The notes: generated from the sequence alone by a model not told the origin. A stretch of 64,000 nucleotides of DNA from Candidatus Brocadiia bacterium (GCA_046538485.1 JBKHIT010000002.1:135672-199671), one strand, 5' to 3'. Positions 39,560 to 49,967 are shown, numbered from the stretch's first letter. Made by a program: numbers and translations.

Positions 39560-40765
39560 TCAAAACCATCCCCGGTCTTCCATAGCTTTGATGACCTCGT
39601 CGATTGCCAGGGCAAGTGCTGCCTGCCGATAGGTTGTTTTCCATTGATTTGCAGCCTGAAGCACCCGAGTGAGTCCCTTGCTGATCAGGTCGTCGAGAAT
39701 ATCATAAACTTCTTCTCGCGGGGTAAGACTGCCGGATTTTGCTTTTCGCCATTCGACATAGGAGGCAATCACACCTCCGCTATTGGCCAGGATGTCGGGG
39801 ACGATGGGAATTCCCAATTCCTTAAAAACGTCATCGCCCGCAGGAGGAGTGGGGTTATTGGCTCCCTCGACTATCATTCGCGCATTTACGTCCTGAGCAA
39901 CCTCGCGTGTGAAGACATTCCCTGTGGCGGCTGGTATGAGAATGTCGACGTCAAGAGAAAGGACGTCGTCTCGTGGTATTTGCTCGGCGTCCGGGTAATC
40001 GACGAGCTTCTTTCCGTCGCGATTCCATTTCAGGAGATCTTCTATGTCGAGACCGTCTTTCCGGAAAAGTCCGCCGTCGATGTCTGAAACGGCCACAATG
40101 CGGACACCGGCATCACGGAGGAATTTCGCGGTCCAGCTTCCCACATTGCCAAACCCTTGCAGGGCGACGGAGAAGTCGCAAGATTTAATTTCCAGGATAT
40201 TCTCGGCGGCCGCAAGCACGCACGTTGCCAGACCTCGTCCCGTTGCTTCCCGTCTGCCGGGCAGGCCGCCTATACGGGGCGGTTTGCCCGTCACTGATTC
40301 AAACATGTGGGTTTCCCCGAATATAATTGCCATTTCGTGTTCGGAGGATCCCATGTCGGGTGCGGGGATATAATGTCCAGACAGCAGATCCGCCTTGTTC
40401 AGATGAACGAATTCTCGCAGAACAATGCCTTTCTGAGGTTTGTTAAACCGGCGGGGGTCGAGTTTTATCCCTGCTTTGCCACCGCCGAATGGGACCCCCA
40501 TAAGAGCCGTTTTCCAGGCCATCAATTCGGCCAGATTCGTCGTTTCCTGGAGAGTGACTCCCTGATCTATCCGGATTCCCCCTTTCGCCGGACCACGCGC
40601 GGTGTTGTAGTACGCGATGAAGGCGTCTGTTCGGGTGAGCGATCCGTCCTCAAGGCGGAAATTGAGATTGAGTTTCACCTGCTTTTCCGGGTAGGCGAGC
40701 AATTCTGCGGCTTCCCGGGGGACGTTGATAAATTCGGACAATTTGTCCAGATCAGTGGCCTTCAT
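39560..40765 (-). CDS. gdhA: Glu/Leu/Phe/Val dehydrogenase (glutamate dehydrogenase-like)
   Basis: GPAKGGIR, GGGKAG, PAPD, ATGRG, GFGNVG, EGAN, NSGGV..SY.EW. Confidence 0.9.
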   Translation of the reverse strand: MKATDLDKLSEFINVPREAAELLAYPEKQVKLNLNFRLEDGSLTRTDAFIAYYNTARGPAKGGIRIDQGVTLQETTNLAELMAWKTALMGVPFGGGKAGIKLDPRRFNKPQKGIVLREFVHLNKADLLSGHYIPAPDMGSSEHEMAIIFGETHMFESVTGKPPRIGGLPGRREATGRGLATCVLAAAENILEIKSCDFSVALQGFGNVGSWTAKFLRDAGVRIVAVSDIDGGLFRKDGLDIEDLLKWNRDGKKLVDYPDAEQIPRDDVLSLDVDILIPAATGNVFTREVAQDVNARMIVEGANNPTPPAGDDVFKELGIPIVPDILANSGGVIASYVEWRKAKSGSLTPREEVYDILDDLISKGLTRVLQAANQWKTTYRQAALALAIDEVIKAMEDRGWF

Positions 40766-40891
40766 CCTTTACTCCTTCATCTCTTTTGCAAATGAACCGA
40801 GTGCTTTGTGAGCGGCAGCAAATAGTGATCAAACATCAAGCTTTATAAAGTGTAGTCACTTTTTACGGAGATTATCCGTTCTGAGTGAGGA

Positions 40892-41079
40892 ATGACAAGT
40901 GCAAAAGAGAAGAGCCCGGGGTGCATCGGAGTTTGCGCTTATTGAATTTGCTTGTGGTGATTGCTATCATCACATTTCTGGCGGCAATGTTAATACTGGC
41001 CCTTGAGCGGGCGCGGGACGCGGCTCGATCCAGCTGTTCGGCGGAACAGTCATGGCAATTTTATGGTAATAGCGTATGA
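40892..41079 (+). pseudogene. Degraded prepilin-type (DUF1559-like) gene remnant
   Basis: FALIE (frameshift) LLVVIAIITFLAAMLILALERARDAAR..C resembles FTLIELLVVIAII...ARxxAR..C; stops shortly after. Confidence 0.75.
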
Positions 41080-41146
41080 TTTCTTTTATCCTTAGAATAA
41101 TGAATTAGGCTCGTACGTGATTCATTTGTGAGTAGGAGATAATATT

Positions 41147-42172
41147 TTGGGGGAACAGATAAGGAATTGTAAGGAAGTGGAAGCACTCGGCCAGAAGAAA
41201 GATTCCGGCGCGGTCGAGCGTTGGATTCGCGCGTTTTGCATCATCACAGGATTTTTATTTATCAGCCTTCAGGTCTTATGGTTGTTTATTAACAGGAAGG
41301 CCCCTCCGGCTATTTTACCTCCGGCCGGCGAGACGATAGACCGGGAAGCTCCTTTCAAGTTCGCGGTGGTCAGCGATACTCGTGGGAATAGGAAAATTTT
41401 CCAGCAAGGGTTAGTTCGGATTAAGGAGATGGAACCGGCTCTGATTTTGCACGCTGGGGATATTGCACAGAGACTCAATGAACGTCAGTTTAACTGGATA
41501 CTGCGCGGCATTGATGAAATAGACCTTTCTATCCCATTCTGTTTTGTCCCGGGTGATCACGATATAGACCCCACGAGTTCCAGTATTGAAGAGCGCTATC
41601 GGCTTTATAATCGTGCTTTCGGTCCGCGACGCTACTGGTTTGGTTGTGGAAACGCTCTGTTTGTGGCATTCGATAACTCAATCGAGACTGTCACAGAGGA
41701 AACACTTGCATGGCTTGAAGAAGTAATGAACAGTTACCGGGGGGCTTATCAATTGTGTTTCGTTTTTTTTCACGTTCCGCCGGATGCGCCCGAAACGGGG
41801 CACGATCTTGGACCCGAAGACACCAGGAAGATCATGAGTGTGCTGAGCAGGCACAACGTAAGTGCGGTTTTTGCAGGCCACTTGCATACCTATGAACATT
41901 ATAAAACCAAAGATATACCGATCTATTCAACGGGAGGATTGGGGGAGGAGAATCGGGTAGGACAACCGCATTGTTTTCTGGTGGTCAGCGTAGGGCAAGA
42001 CGGCACTTTTTCTACTGAAAAGCATGAAGTTGCCTGGGGGCATACCGGCGATTCTCTGGAATACCTGTTTCGGGTAAAGTTTCCCTCGCTGTCGGTTTTG
42101 GTTTCGGGGCTAATTTTATTGACGATTGGGGCGTTACTCGGTACGGATAAATCTTTGATACATGCTGCCTGA
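41147..42172 (+). CDS. Calcineurin-like metallophosphoesterase, membrane anchored
   Basis: SD, GDI, GDHD, HVPP, GHLH motifs; N- and C-terminal TM helices. Confidence 0.85.
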   Translation: MGEQIRNCKEVEALGQKKDSGAVERWIRAFCIITGFLFISLQVLWLFINRKAPPAILPPAGETIDREAPFKFAVVSDTRGNRKIFQQGLVRIKEMEPALILHAGDIAQRLNERQFNWILRGIDEIDLSIPFCFVPGDHDIDPTSSSIEERYRLYNRAFGPRRYWFGCGNALFVAFDNSIETVTEETLAWLEEVMNSYRGAYQLCFVFFHVPPDAPETGHDLGPEDTRKIMSVLSRHNVSAVFAGHLHTYEHYKTKDIPIYSTGGLGEENRVGQPHCFLVVSVGQDGTFSTEKHEVAWGHTGDSLEYLFRVKFPSLSVLVSGLILLTIGALLGTDKSLIHAA

Positions 42173-42279
42173 TCTGTGGGATTGAACGTAACGAAAAAAG
42201 TCTGCGGGATGTTGAAGACTTATACTCTGTTTTTGGGAAAGGTAAAAAGCGATGGAGAGCTACAGAACCGGCGTGGCAA

Positions 42280-43482
42280 TTATTTCAGGGGCGCGGGCTG
42301 GCGGAGCGAGAGATACCGCGCAAGGATTCGTCCCATGATCTGTTTGCCGCGCGTATTGGCATGGATTTTATCGCGCATGAACATTTCGCGTGGTTTATCG
42401 TTAGAGCTTAAATAATTTTCCCAGATTTTCCGCATATCGAGGAATTCGACTTTTTCCTCTCTGGCCATCCTGGCAACTTTCTCAGGGAAAGCCTCCATCT
42501 TTTGGCGGGTTTTTGCTCTATTGGCACCTGCTTTTACCCTTGTTTCGAGCATTTGAGATGGGGGCGTAATAGCTCCGGTGAGAACAAGAATATCCGGATT
42601 AATTTCCCCGCGTACCTGCTGGATCACGTCTCTGATCGGTTCGATCTCAAAGTGATGGCTTATGCCAGCAATGACGAGGAGGTCGGGGCGTTTTTCAATG
42701 ACATACTGCTTAACCCTGTTCTGATCCCGATAATAGCTACAACCAGTACCATTTCCGACGGAACTGATTACGTTTACATCGGTGTTGGGCCAATTTCGCT
42801 CGATAAGCACATCGAACGCTGAGTTGGCCAGGTCGTTGGCGATGCTATCGCCGAGCACAAGCACGCGAACGCTCAGCTGATCTTTAAGTCTCTTGATTGT
42901 GTCGCCCATGTATCCCCAACGGCTTTTGGAAGGGATGTAATCGAGCGGTGGTAGATTTTTGTAGATTTTATCCGCCCACCGGGCAACTTCGTTGCTGCTG
43001 ACCGGGTGGACTATAACCTCGTCGATAGAGAGCTCAATATCCCCGGTGGATTCGAACATAATCCTGGCTGTTTTTGCTTCGGCTTCTGCCTGGACCCGAA
43101 ATTCATTATCTTGCCATGATTTGCAGGGATCAATTTCGGAATAATGGTCGGCAGACATCCGATTGCCATGCCGGTTGTAGAAGACCCAGGCCCAATACCC
43201 GCTTTTGGAGCTGCGGGAACGAAAATAGAGTCGATAATACTGGAAAGGTTTCACGGAGAATTCGGGGCTTTTCCACGCGCCTTTTCGTGTGGTTATATAG
43301 CCGTTTCCCTTAGCATGAGATGGCCGGACCCATTGGCTGTTGGTTTTTTTGTCCCCCGTTTCTACCTGTTTCCATCCTCCCATCCGGGGATCAACTTCAA
43401 AATCCGAGTGCAACACCCTCTGGTTGCATGCAATAATCAAACAAGTGAATATACCTAAAAATGCGACGATTGTTTTCTTCAA
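42280..43482 (-). CDS. SGNH/GDSL hydrolase lipoprotein with N-terminal CBM-like domain
   Basis: Lipobox IIAC; LGDSI and DKIH catalytic blocks; start uncertain. Confidence 0.8.
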   Translation of the reverse strand: MKKTIVAFLGIFTCLIIACNQRVLHSDFEVDPRMGGWKQVETGDKKTNSQWVRPSHAKGNGYITTRKGAWKSPEFSVKPFQYYRLYFRSRSSKSGYWAWVFYNRHGNRMSADHYSEIDPCKSWQDNEFRVQAEAEAKTARIMFESTGDIELSIDEVIVHPVSSNEVARWADKIYKNLPPLDYIPSKSRWGYMGDTIKRLKDQLSVRVLVLGDSIANDLANSAFDVLIERNWPNTDVNVISSVGNGTGCSYYRDQNRVKQYVIEKRPDLLVIAGISHHFEIEPIRDVIQQVRGEINPDILVLTGAITPPSQMLETRVKAGANRAKTRQKMEAFPEKVARMAREEKVEFLDMRKIWENYLSSNDKPREMFMRDKIHANTRGKQIMGRILARYLSLRQPAPLK

Positions 43483-43647
43483 TTTGTTTGTTCCTGGCAA
43501 AGAGTTGTCACAAAAATCCAGTGGTTGAAAACAGATGTATAATACTGTTTTCCAGCGATAATGATCAAATAGATGCCGGGGTGTGTTGGTTCGTGGGCCA
43601 AATGCCGTTACTCTCCGACAAAATTTTGCTATGAGGGATTAGAATTC

Positions 43648-46179
43648 GTGTTGTTTGCTTTCGTTCCATACAGAGGATACGTGTTTTTTGCACTGGCTTC
43701 TTGTTTTCTTGCCATGGTGGCCGGTTGCCAGCCTGGTTTGGAGGAACGAGCGGGAGAGCAGTCAGACAGTGAACAGGCCGCGCTGAAGATCAACCTCGCA
43801 GGCATGACAAGGGTCCAAGAATGCGGGCGGGAAATGTCCTCAAGGGGCTGGGGTTCGGAGGCGCGGCCCAGAGACCACGTTCTGGAAAACTCGGTCTGTG
43901 CGTTTGTCACGGCGAATAGAAATCGGTGTCGCCCGAGCCCCGTGTATGGCGGTGCACTGATAGATGCGAATTTGCACGGGGCTGTAGACCGCATGAGGGC
44001 ACTGGCCCCATTTGTTGGGTCCGGTAGCTTGCCAAATGTGAAATGGACGGACGGCTGTCGTTTTGAGCCTGAAGAACCGGACGGTGCTTCGGGTTTTGAG
44101 TTGAAAGGGCACGTTAAGGGCGACGAGGACCTGCTTGTTCGTCATCGGTACTGGTTGGCTCCAGAATCGCTGAATCTCACGATTGAAACACGAGTTGAGA
44201 ACTGCGCCGAAGATTCCAAAAGTGTTCTGATGGGCGACCTGCTTTTGCAGGGGCGGACTGAGCGTTTTGTTCGACCACTTGGATTGCATCCCGCAGGACG
44301 GTCGGGGAAGGCGGACTGGGTAGTGTTTTTTAAAGGCAAATGGGCCTGGGGATTGGTTCCCCGGGAACCGGGGCGGTTTTTTCTGCGCTGTAAAAGTGGA
44401 CACACACGGATTTTGTATGGCCAGATAGATCTCTCTCCAGGTGAAACACACAATGTGCGACGCGAACTGTATGTCTCCAACGGGGGGCCCCAGGAAGTAA
44501 TAAGTGCGATGGAGAGACTGCTGGAGGTTGAGCGAACTCGCTTCAGCATAGAAGTGACCGATGAAACGTCAGGGGCACCGGTGCCATCCGCCTACGCGAT
44601 TTTGATGCGCGGGAAAGGTTATGCAACTTCCCTGATTGTGACAGATAAAAACGGTCGCGGGGAGGCGGAAGTTGCTGCCGGTTCCTATCGGATCGTCTGC
44701 GGAGGGCCGGGCCGGGATCGGAAAGATGTTCCACTGAATTTGACAGCCCATGGGTCGGGTACTCTTCGCTTTAAACTGGCTCCTCCCGGTCGGGTGAGAG
44801 TGCGTTTGAACGAAGGAACGGATTCTATGATTTCGAGTGGTGCAGCGCGGTTAACGATCGTACCACGAAAGCAATTCGGTTATCCATTAAAAGGAGTTCC
44901 CTTTTTCTCCGAGCTTCGTGCTTCCGAAATTGTTTTGGTGCCTGAATCGGGAGAACGGACTTTCAGGCTGCCTCCGTTATCAGTGACACGTCCAGGGGAA
45001 TATTTTGTGGCAGCTTCGCGGGGGCCAGAGTTCGAAGCACAGGGCAAGTGGATTGAAGTTGAATCGGGCGAGGTCTCGGAATTGGACTTTGATCTGTCGA
45101 GGGCGATCGATACGACAGGATATGCGGCTGTAGATTTCGCCCAATCGGCATGGGAAGATCCTGAGTCAGTTCTTTCTTTGAAGGAACGTTCCCTTTTGAA
45201 TCTGTGCGAGCGGCTGGATGGGGTGGTGATCCGTGGTATTGACGGTTCATTGCGCCCGCGTGGCCATTTTGAGGTGCTGTCTCCACCGAGGATCCCGGCT
45301 GCGGGCGGCTTTGTGCCGGGGGTGGGGACATTTACTGTTCTGGCTTCGGGCAAAGATTGGCAGGAAGGCCGATGGCGGCCGCGTTGCCCCGGTCTTTGGG
45401 GCGATGACGGGGAGACTGTGATTGGACTGTTGCGACGCCATTTTCCCCGTTCATTGCTGCAGGTGGACACTCCTCTTAATCGAGAGCGAGGCTACTTTCG
45501 ATTGAACGGGTTCGTGCCGGGGCGTAGAACAGCAGAGGCATTTTCAGAACGCTTCGATTGCCTTCGGTTGCTCAGTGGGACTGACGTCGCAGCGGCGCGG
45601 GAATGCTTAGAGCAGTGGTTTGATTTGTTGAACCGTGGACGCCGCGTCGTTCTGACAGCCGGAAGCGGGTCGAAGTCCCTCGGGGATGGTCACAAAATGG
45701 GTGCCAGAACGTGGATCAGGCGTGAGGATCAGCCCGATGATCTTTCGAGAGAGAATCTGATTAAAGATGTCGAACGATTTGGAAATACGGGATGTGGTTT
45801 CATCAGCAATGGACCGTTCGTCCTGTTTGACATCGAAGGAAAAGGACCGGGCGGGACAGTGCAAACCAACGGAAATAATCTGGAAGCAAAAATCGAGGTG
45901 CGATGTGCGAAATGGATCTCCCTGGACAACGTGAGTCTCCTGCAGAACGGGAAAGAAATACGACGATTTGATGTCAGTGAAAGACAGAATGTGACAGCAC
46001 TGAACCAAAAAATCAAGCTCGATTGTCAGAAAGACAGCTGGTTTGCCGTGCTTGTGAGAGGGGAAAAGGGAATGGATCCGGTTTACGCCCTCAAGAAAGG
46101 GATGGGGGTGTCGGCTTTTGCTGTGACAAATCCCATCCGGGTGAAAATGGGGGGGGAATACGGGAAATCCGGCCGGTGA
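43648..46179 (+). CDS. Lipoprotein with degenerate PHP (CehA/McbA-like) domain and beta-sandwich domains
   Basis: Lipobox VAGC; SRGPEF, WFDLLNRG, GARTW, SNGP, DSWFAV..G, TNPI patterns. Confidence 0.7.
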   Translation: MLFAFVPYRGYVFFALASCFLAMVAGCQPGLEERAGEQSDSEQAALKINLAGMTRVQECGREMSSRGWGSEARPRDHVLENSVCAFVTANRNRCRPSPVYGGALIDANLHGAVDRMRALAPFVGSGSLPNVKWTDGCRFEPEEPDGASGFELKGHVKGDEDLLVRHRYWLAPESLNLTIETRVENCAEDSKSVLMGDLLLQGRTERFVRPLGLHPAGRSGKADWVVFFKGKWAWGLVPREPGRFFLRCKSGHTRILYGQIDLSPGETHNVRRELYVSNGGPQEVISAMERLLEVERTRFSIEVTDETSGAPVPSAYAILMRGKGYATSLIVTDKNGRGEAEVAAGSYRIVCGGPGRDRKDVPLNLTAHGSGTLRFKLAPPGRVRVRLNEGTDSMISSGAARLTIVPRKQFGYPLKGVPFFSELRASEIVLVPESGERTFRLPPLSVTRPGEYFVAASRGPEFEAQGKWIEVESGEVSELDFDLSRAIDTTGYAAVDFAQSAWEDPESVLSLKERSLLNLCERLDGVVIRGIDGSLRPRGHFEVLSPPRIPAAGGFVPGVGTFTVLASGKDWQEGRWRPRCPGLWGDDGETVIGLLRRHFPRSLLQVDTPLNRERGYFRLNGFVPGRRTAEAFSERFDCLRLLSGTDVAAARECLEQWFDLLNRGRRVVLTAGSGSKSLGDGHKMGARTWIRREDQPDDLSRENLIKDVERFGNTGCGFISNGPFVLFDIEGKGPGGTVQTNGNNLEAKIEVRCAKWISLDNVSLLQNGKEIRRFDVSERQNVTALNQKIKLDCQKDSWFAVLVRGEKGMDPVYALKKGMGVSAFAVTNPIRVKMGGEYGKSGR

Positions 46180-46347
46180 CGGGATAGGTTCGCATCAATA
46201 TACAGATGGCATGGAAGGTGTTGCCCCCGGACCAGAACGACAAATGAGCCCCTCTTTTACGGCGGTAACTTGAAATCAACAGACCGCTTCGTAGAATACG
46301 TCTGAGTTAACGAGAAATTTGACTGAAAACGGAAAGGTATTCCGTTC

Positions 46348-47151
46348 ATGGGTGTTAAAGCCTTGATTCTCCGCACGGCCGGGACGAACTGCGACGAGGA
46401 AACTGATTTTGCGTTTCGATTGGCCGGGGCCGAGACCAAAAAACTTCACGTCAATGTCCTGCGAGAGCGGCCGAATGTGCTCTCAGAGTACCACATACTC
46501 GCCATCCCCGGCGGGTTCAGCTACGGTGATGACCTGGGGGCAGGTACTGTGCTGGCGAACGAGCTCTTGACCTTGTTGCGCCCGCCCCTGGAGCAATTTA
46601 TCGAGGATGGTAAACTGGTTATCGGGATATGCAACGGTTTCCAGGTCCTTGTCAAAACCGGTCTGTTGCCGGCGATAAATCGCTGGTCCCAGGAGGCTAC
46701 TCTTACCATCAACGACAGCCATAGATTCGAGGACCGGTGGGTTTACCTGAAAGCTCCGCGCAGCCGCTGCGTTCTGGTTGAGGATGAGGAATCTATTTAT
46801 CTGCCGGTAGCCCATGCGGAAGGTAAATTCGTGCCGCGGGATAACGGCGTATATCAGGATATGCGGGATAACGGTCAGATTGTGTTTTGGTACACGAATC
46901 CCGAGGGTGAGTCCGCCGGATATCCCTGGAACCCAAACGGTTCCGTCGAGGATATCGCGGCCGTCTGCGATCCAACGGGCCGGGTGCTGGGGATGATGCC
47001 GCATCCGGAACGCCACAGCCTTCCGATTCATCACCCTCGCTGGACCCGTGAGGGTTTATCAGAGCAAGGAGATGGGATCGTGCTGTTCGAACGCGCTGTG
47101 GGATTTGCCCGTCAGCATCTGGTTGAGAAAGATGTTGCTCACAAGGAGTAG
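46348..47151 (+). CDS. purQ: Phosphoribosylformylglycinamidine synthase glutaminase subunit
   Basis: GTNC, PGGFSYGD, GICNGFQ, AHAEG, NPNGS, MMPHPER. Confidence 0.95.
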   Translation: MGVKALILRTAGTNCDEETDFAFRLAGAETKKLHVNVLRERPNVLSEYHILAIPGGFSYGDDLGAGTVLANELLTLLRPPLEQFIEDGKLVIGICNGFQVLVKTGLLPAINRWSQEATLTINDSHRFEDRWVYLKAPRSRCVLVEDEESIYLPVAHAEGKFVPRDNGVYQDMRDNGQIVFWYTNPEGESAGYPWNPNGSVEDIAAVCDPTGRVLGMMPHPERHSLPIHHPRWTREGLSEQGDGIVLFERAVGFARQHLVEKDVAHKE

Positions 47152-47235
47152 AGGTCTGGCTCCCGGGCAGCGAAAATGGTCCGATGACTTTTTATCACGT
47201 GCCGATTCTTTGACTTCAACCAAGAGGATCCGAAC

Positions 47236-48900
47236 GTGAGCATATACAGTCTGGGATTGGATTTTGGCACTGAAAGTGTTCGCGCGTTGTTGGTCGAGAC
47301 CAGCTCGGGCGAGGAAGTGGCCCAGGAAGTTTTTGATTATCCCCACGGTGTGCTCGATCAGAGCTTGCCCGCCGGGGCCGAACTCGGCCCCGATTGGTTC
47401 ATGCAACATCCGGGCGACTACCTGGAGGGGCTGCGGGCGGTCGTTCCCGCCGTTATCCACAGCGGAAATGTCGCCGTGGAAGACGTGATAGGGATCGGAT
47501 TGGATTTCACCTCCTGTACGCTCATACCCGTGGATAGTGCGGGCACGCCGCTTTGCATGCGGGACGACTACCGGGATGACCCGCAGGCCTGGGTTAAACT
47601 CTGGAAACACCACGGCGGGGCCGCTGAAGCGGCAAGGATTCAAGAGGTCGGGGAAAAACGGGGTGAACCTCTTATGGATTATTTCGCCCACGCGATCAGC
47701 AGCGAATGGCTGTTGCCTAAAGTTCTCGAGACATACCACCGCTCCCGCGAGGTATACGAAGCGGCCTGGACGTTTGTGGAGGCCTGCGATTGGATACCGT
47801 GGCAACTGACCGGCGAGCTGAAACGGAATGCCTGTTGTGCCGGGTTCAAGGCCATGTACAACGCCGAACTGGGCGGGTATCCATCGAAGGAATTTCTGGA
47901 TGCAATCGAAGAGGGGTTCGGCGCTTTTTTCGAGGAGAAGATGCCGGGGGAAATTATCCCCGCAGGCCGAAAAGTGGGCGCTTTAACAGAGGATTGGGCT
48001 GAAGAACTGGGATTGAGTCCCGGTATCCCGATCAGCGCCGGTATGATTGACGCTCATATGGGTGTACCGGGAGTGGGTATTACCGAACCGGGTCGTATGG
48101 CGCTCGTGCTCGGGACGTCCTTCTGTCACATGATGCTGGGCGAGACTTTGAAATGCGGTGAGGGACCGCTCGGCATCGTTCAAGATGGTATACTGGCCGA
48201 TTATTATGCTTACGAATCGGGTCAGTCGGCCGGCGGCGATATCTATGCCTGGTTTGTGGATAACTGCGTACCGCCGGAAATCGCTGCCGAGGGGAGTGGC
48301 CAGAACGCTCACGAAATATTGACCGAAAAGGCCCGGCAGCTGGCGCCCGGGGAGAGCGGTCTGGTGGCTCTGGATTGGTGGAACGGCAACCGGAGTATCC
48401 TGATGGATGCCGAACTGAGCGGATTGCTGGTGGGGGCCACCCTCAATACGAAACCCGAAGAAATGTATCGGGCGCTGATTGAGGCAACGGCTTTTGGGAC
48501 ACGGCGTATTCTGGAAGCCTATGAGGACAGCGGAATCGAAGTCAGAGAACTGGTGGCCTGCGGCGGGTTGCCCGAGCATAACCCGTTTGTGGTGCAGCTT
48601 TTTGCGGATATCTGTGGGATGCCGCTACCGGTTGCGGGGACGGCGCAAGCGTGCGCTCTGGGGTCCGCGATGTGCGGCGCGGCTGTCGCGGGTGAAAAGG
48701 CGGGGGGCTATGAGTCGGTGGCGGACGCTTCGGCCCGGATGGCCCCCGCTCTGAGGGGATCTTTCGAGCCCGACCCGGAGGCCAGCCAGGTTTATGACAG
48801 ACTCTACGCCGAATACTGTAATCTGTACGATCTTTTCGGCCGGGAAGAGGAGCTGATGCACCGCCTCCGCCAAATCAAATCCGATGTTTTGAATGGCTGA
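47236..48900 (+). CDS. araB: Ribulokinase (FGGY family)
   Basis: GLDFGTESVRA, DFTSCT, KLWKHH, IDAH, GTSFCH, LDWWNGNRS, EATAFG. Confidence 0.9.
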   Translation: MSIYSLGLDFGTESVRALLVETSSGEEVAQEVFDYPHGVLDQSLPAGAELGPDWFMQHPGDYLEGLRAVVPAVIHSGNVAVEDVIGIGLDFTSCTLIPVDSAGTPLCMRDDYRDDPQAWVKLWKHHGGAAEAARIQEVGEKRGEPLMDYFAHAISSEWLLPKVLETYHRSREVYEAAWTFVEACDWIPWQLTGELKRNACCAGFKAMYNAELGGYPSKEFLDAIEEGFGAFFEEKMPGEIIPAGRKVGALTEDWAEELGLSPGIPISAGMIDAHMGVPGVGITEPGRMALVLGTSFCHMMLGETLKCGEGPLGIVQDGILADYYAYESGQSAGGDIYAWFVDNCVPPEIAAEGSGQNAHEILTEKARQLAPGESGLVALDWWNGNRSILMDAELSGLLVGATLNTKPEEMYRALIEATAFGTRRILEAYEDSGIEVRELVACGGLPEHNPFVVQLFADICGMPLPVAGTAQACALGSAMCGAAVAGEKAGGYESVADASARMAPALRGSFEPDPEASQVYDRLYAEYCNLYDLFGREEELMHRLRQIKSDVLNG

Positions 48901-49158
48901 CCCGGAAATTGCAAGCGTTCTCAGCGCCGGATATGCGCGGAAGGCAAAGACGGGTGTATTCTTATACCCCAACTGCAGCCTGACAAAGCGTATACGGCGC
49001 TGAGGGCGCTCCCGGCAGGGTGAATTCCTGCCGTTTGCCCAGATAGGGAGACTCAGCACAGGGTGTGTACTAACTTCTTCGTGAAAACCAGTAGTAAAGC
49101 TAACGCCTCCAAACCTTTATAGTAACATCACTCCGAAATTCATGCAATATCCGGGCTA
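48898..49158. mobile_element. MITE-like element, copy C (different interior, contains long hairpin)
   Basis: Terminal inverted repeats TGACCCGGAAATTGCA / TGCAATATCCGGGCTA; left end coincides with the araB stop. Confidence 0.55.
49013..49036 (+). terminator. Terminator-like hairpin downstream of araB
   Basis: CGGCAGGG-TGAAT-TCCTGCCG followed by TTT. Confidence 0.45.
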
Positions 49159-49211
49159 AGGATTTCAGCGGGGAATCCGGGGTGGCAGCGTAGAATCTGC
49201 CTCGCCGGCGG

Positions 49212-49967
49212 TCATGGTCGGCCGACGCCCTTGGGAGGCCCAGAGGGGGTGTCTTCGGGAGCCCCGGCGCGTGGCGACGCATCTTTGCGACGCTTACCTT
49301 GCTCATCGGGTTTCCCTCTGCCTTTTCTCTCCTCGCGCCCTTTTGTCTTGCTTTCCTGTGATCTGGCGCGCTGGAGGGCCTTCAGGGCGGCCTTTCGCCC
49401 GGTTGCGGAATGTCGTATGGCACGTTGGATAGCCTGTTGGGCCTTTTCGGGGACAAGGTTCGCGGCACGCTCCAGGACTTTTCTGTGCTTTGCAGTGCCG
49501 CTTCGAACGGCCTGGAGGGCTTTCTCTACTCCGGCGCCCTGCTGGCGCGCCCTGTCCAGCTCACTAACGGTCTCCTGGACGGCCTGTTGGTACTCACTTG
49601 CAAGCATCTGGGCATACTGCCCGGACCCTTCTCCCCGCAATTGGCCCAGCTTTTTGGCCCGGTCATTGGCACGCTCCCAGTGAAGTTTGGCCTGCTCCAT
49701 GGAGCCATCCGCACGAGCCATTTTGACGGCTTCGTGGGCTTTTTGCTGACCCAGACGGGAGACCTTCATACTTTCCTTGATGGCTGGTTTTGCCTCTTCC
49801 GGGACTTTTTCCAGCACTCCCTCCAGCGCCGCAATGTGCTTCTGCGTTGCTTCGTCAACGAGCCTGAGCGCTTCCTTGGCGTCCCGATCCTCTGCCCATC
49901 CCTGAAGTGTAACCACTCCCCACAGGCTTACTGCCGCTATCAGTGCTATGAGTGCCACCTTTTTCAT
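49212..49967 (-). CDS. Secreted alpha-helical repeat protein (DUF5667-like)
   Basis: AAGGAG SD; signal peptide MKKVALIALIAAV; two internal repeats KH..[AV]LE.....VPE.A..AI; basic disordered tail. Confidence 0.75.
   Translation of the reverse strand: MKKVALIALIAAVSLWGVVTLQGWAEDRDAKEALRLVDEATQKHIAALEGVLEKVPEEAKPAIKESMKVSRLGQQKAHEAVKMARADGSMEQAKLHWERANDRAKKLGQLRGEGSGQYAQMLASEYQQAVQETVSELDRARQQGAGVEKALQAVRSGTAKHRKVLERAANLVPEKAQQAIQRAIRHSATGRKAALKALQRARSQESKTKGREERKGRGKPDEQGKRRKDASPRAGAPEDTPSGPPKGVGRP

Noticed and set aside
39253..39615. N-terminal extension of the 1574-aa ORF overlapping gdh
   Set aside because: The signal peptide starts near 39252; the extension is probably a longest-ORF artefact. 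The same applies to extended starts of accA, clpP, HIT and 49212-50180.
48914..49010. SRP RNA or c-di-GMP riboswitch
   Set aside because: Lacks the SRP helix-8 CAGG/AGCA loop and the complete GEMM motif, and lies 3' of a gene.
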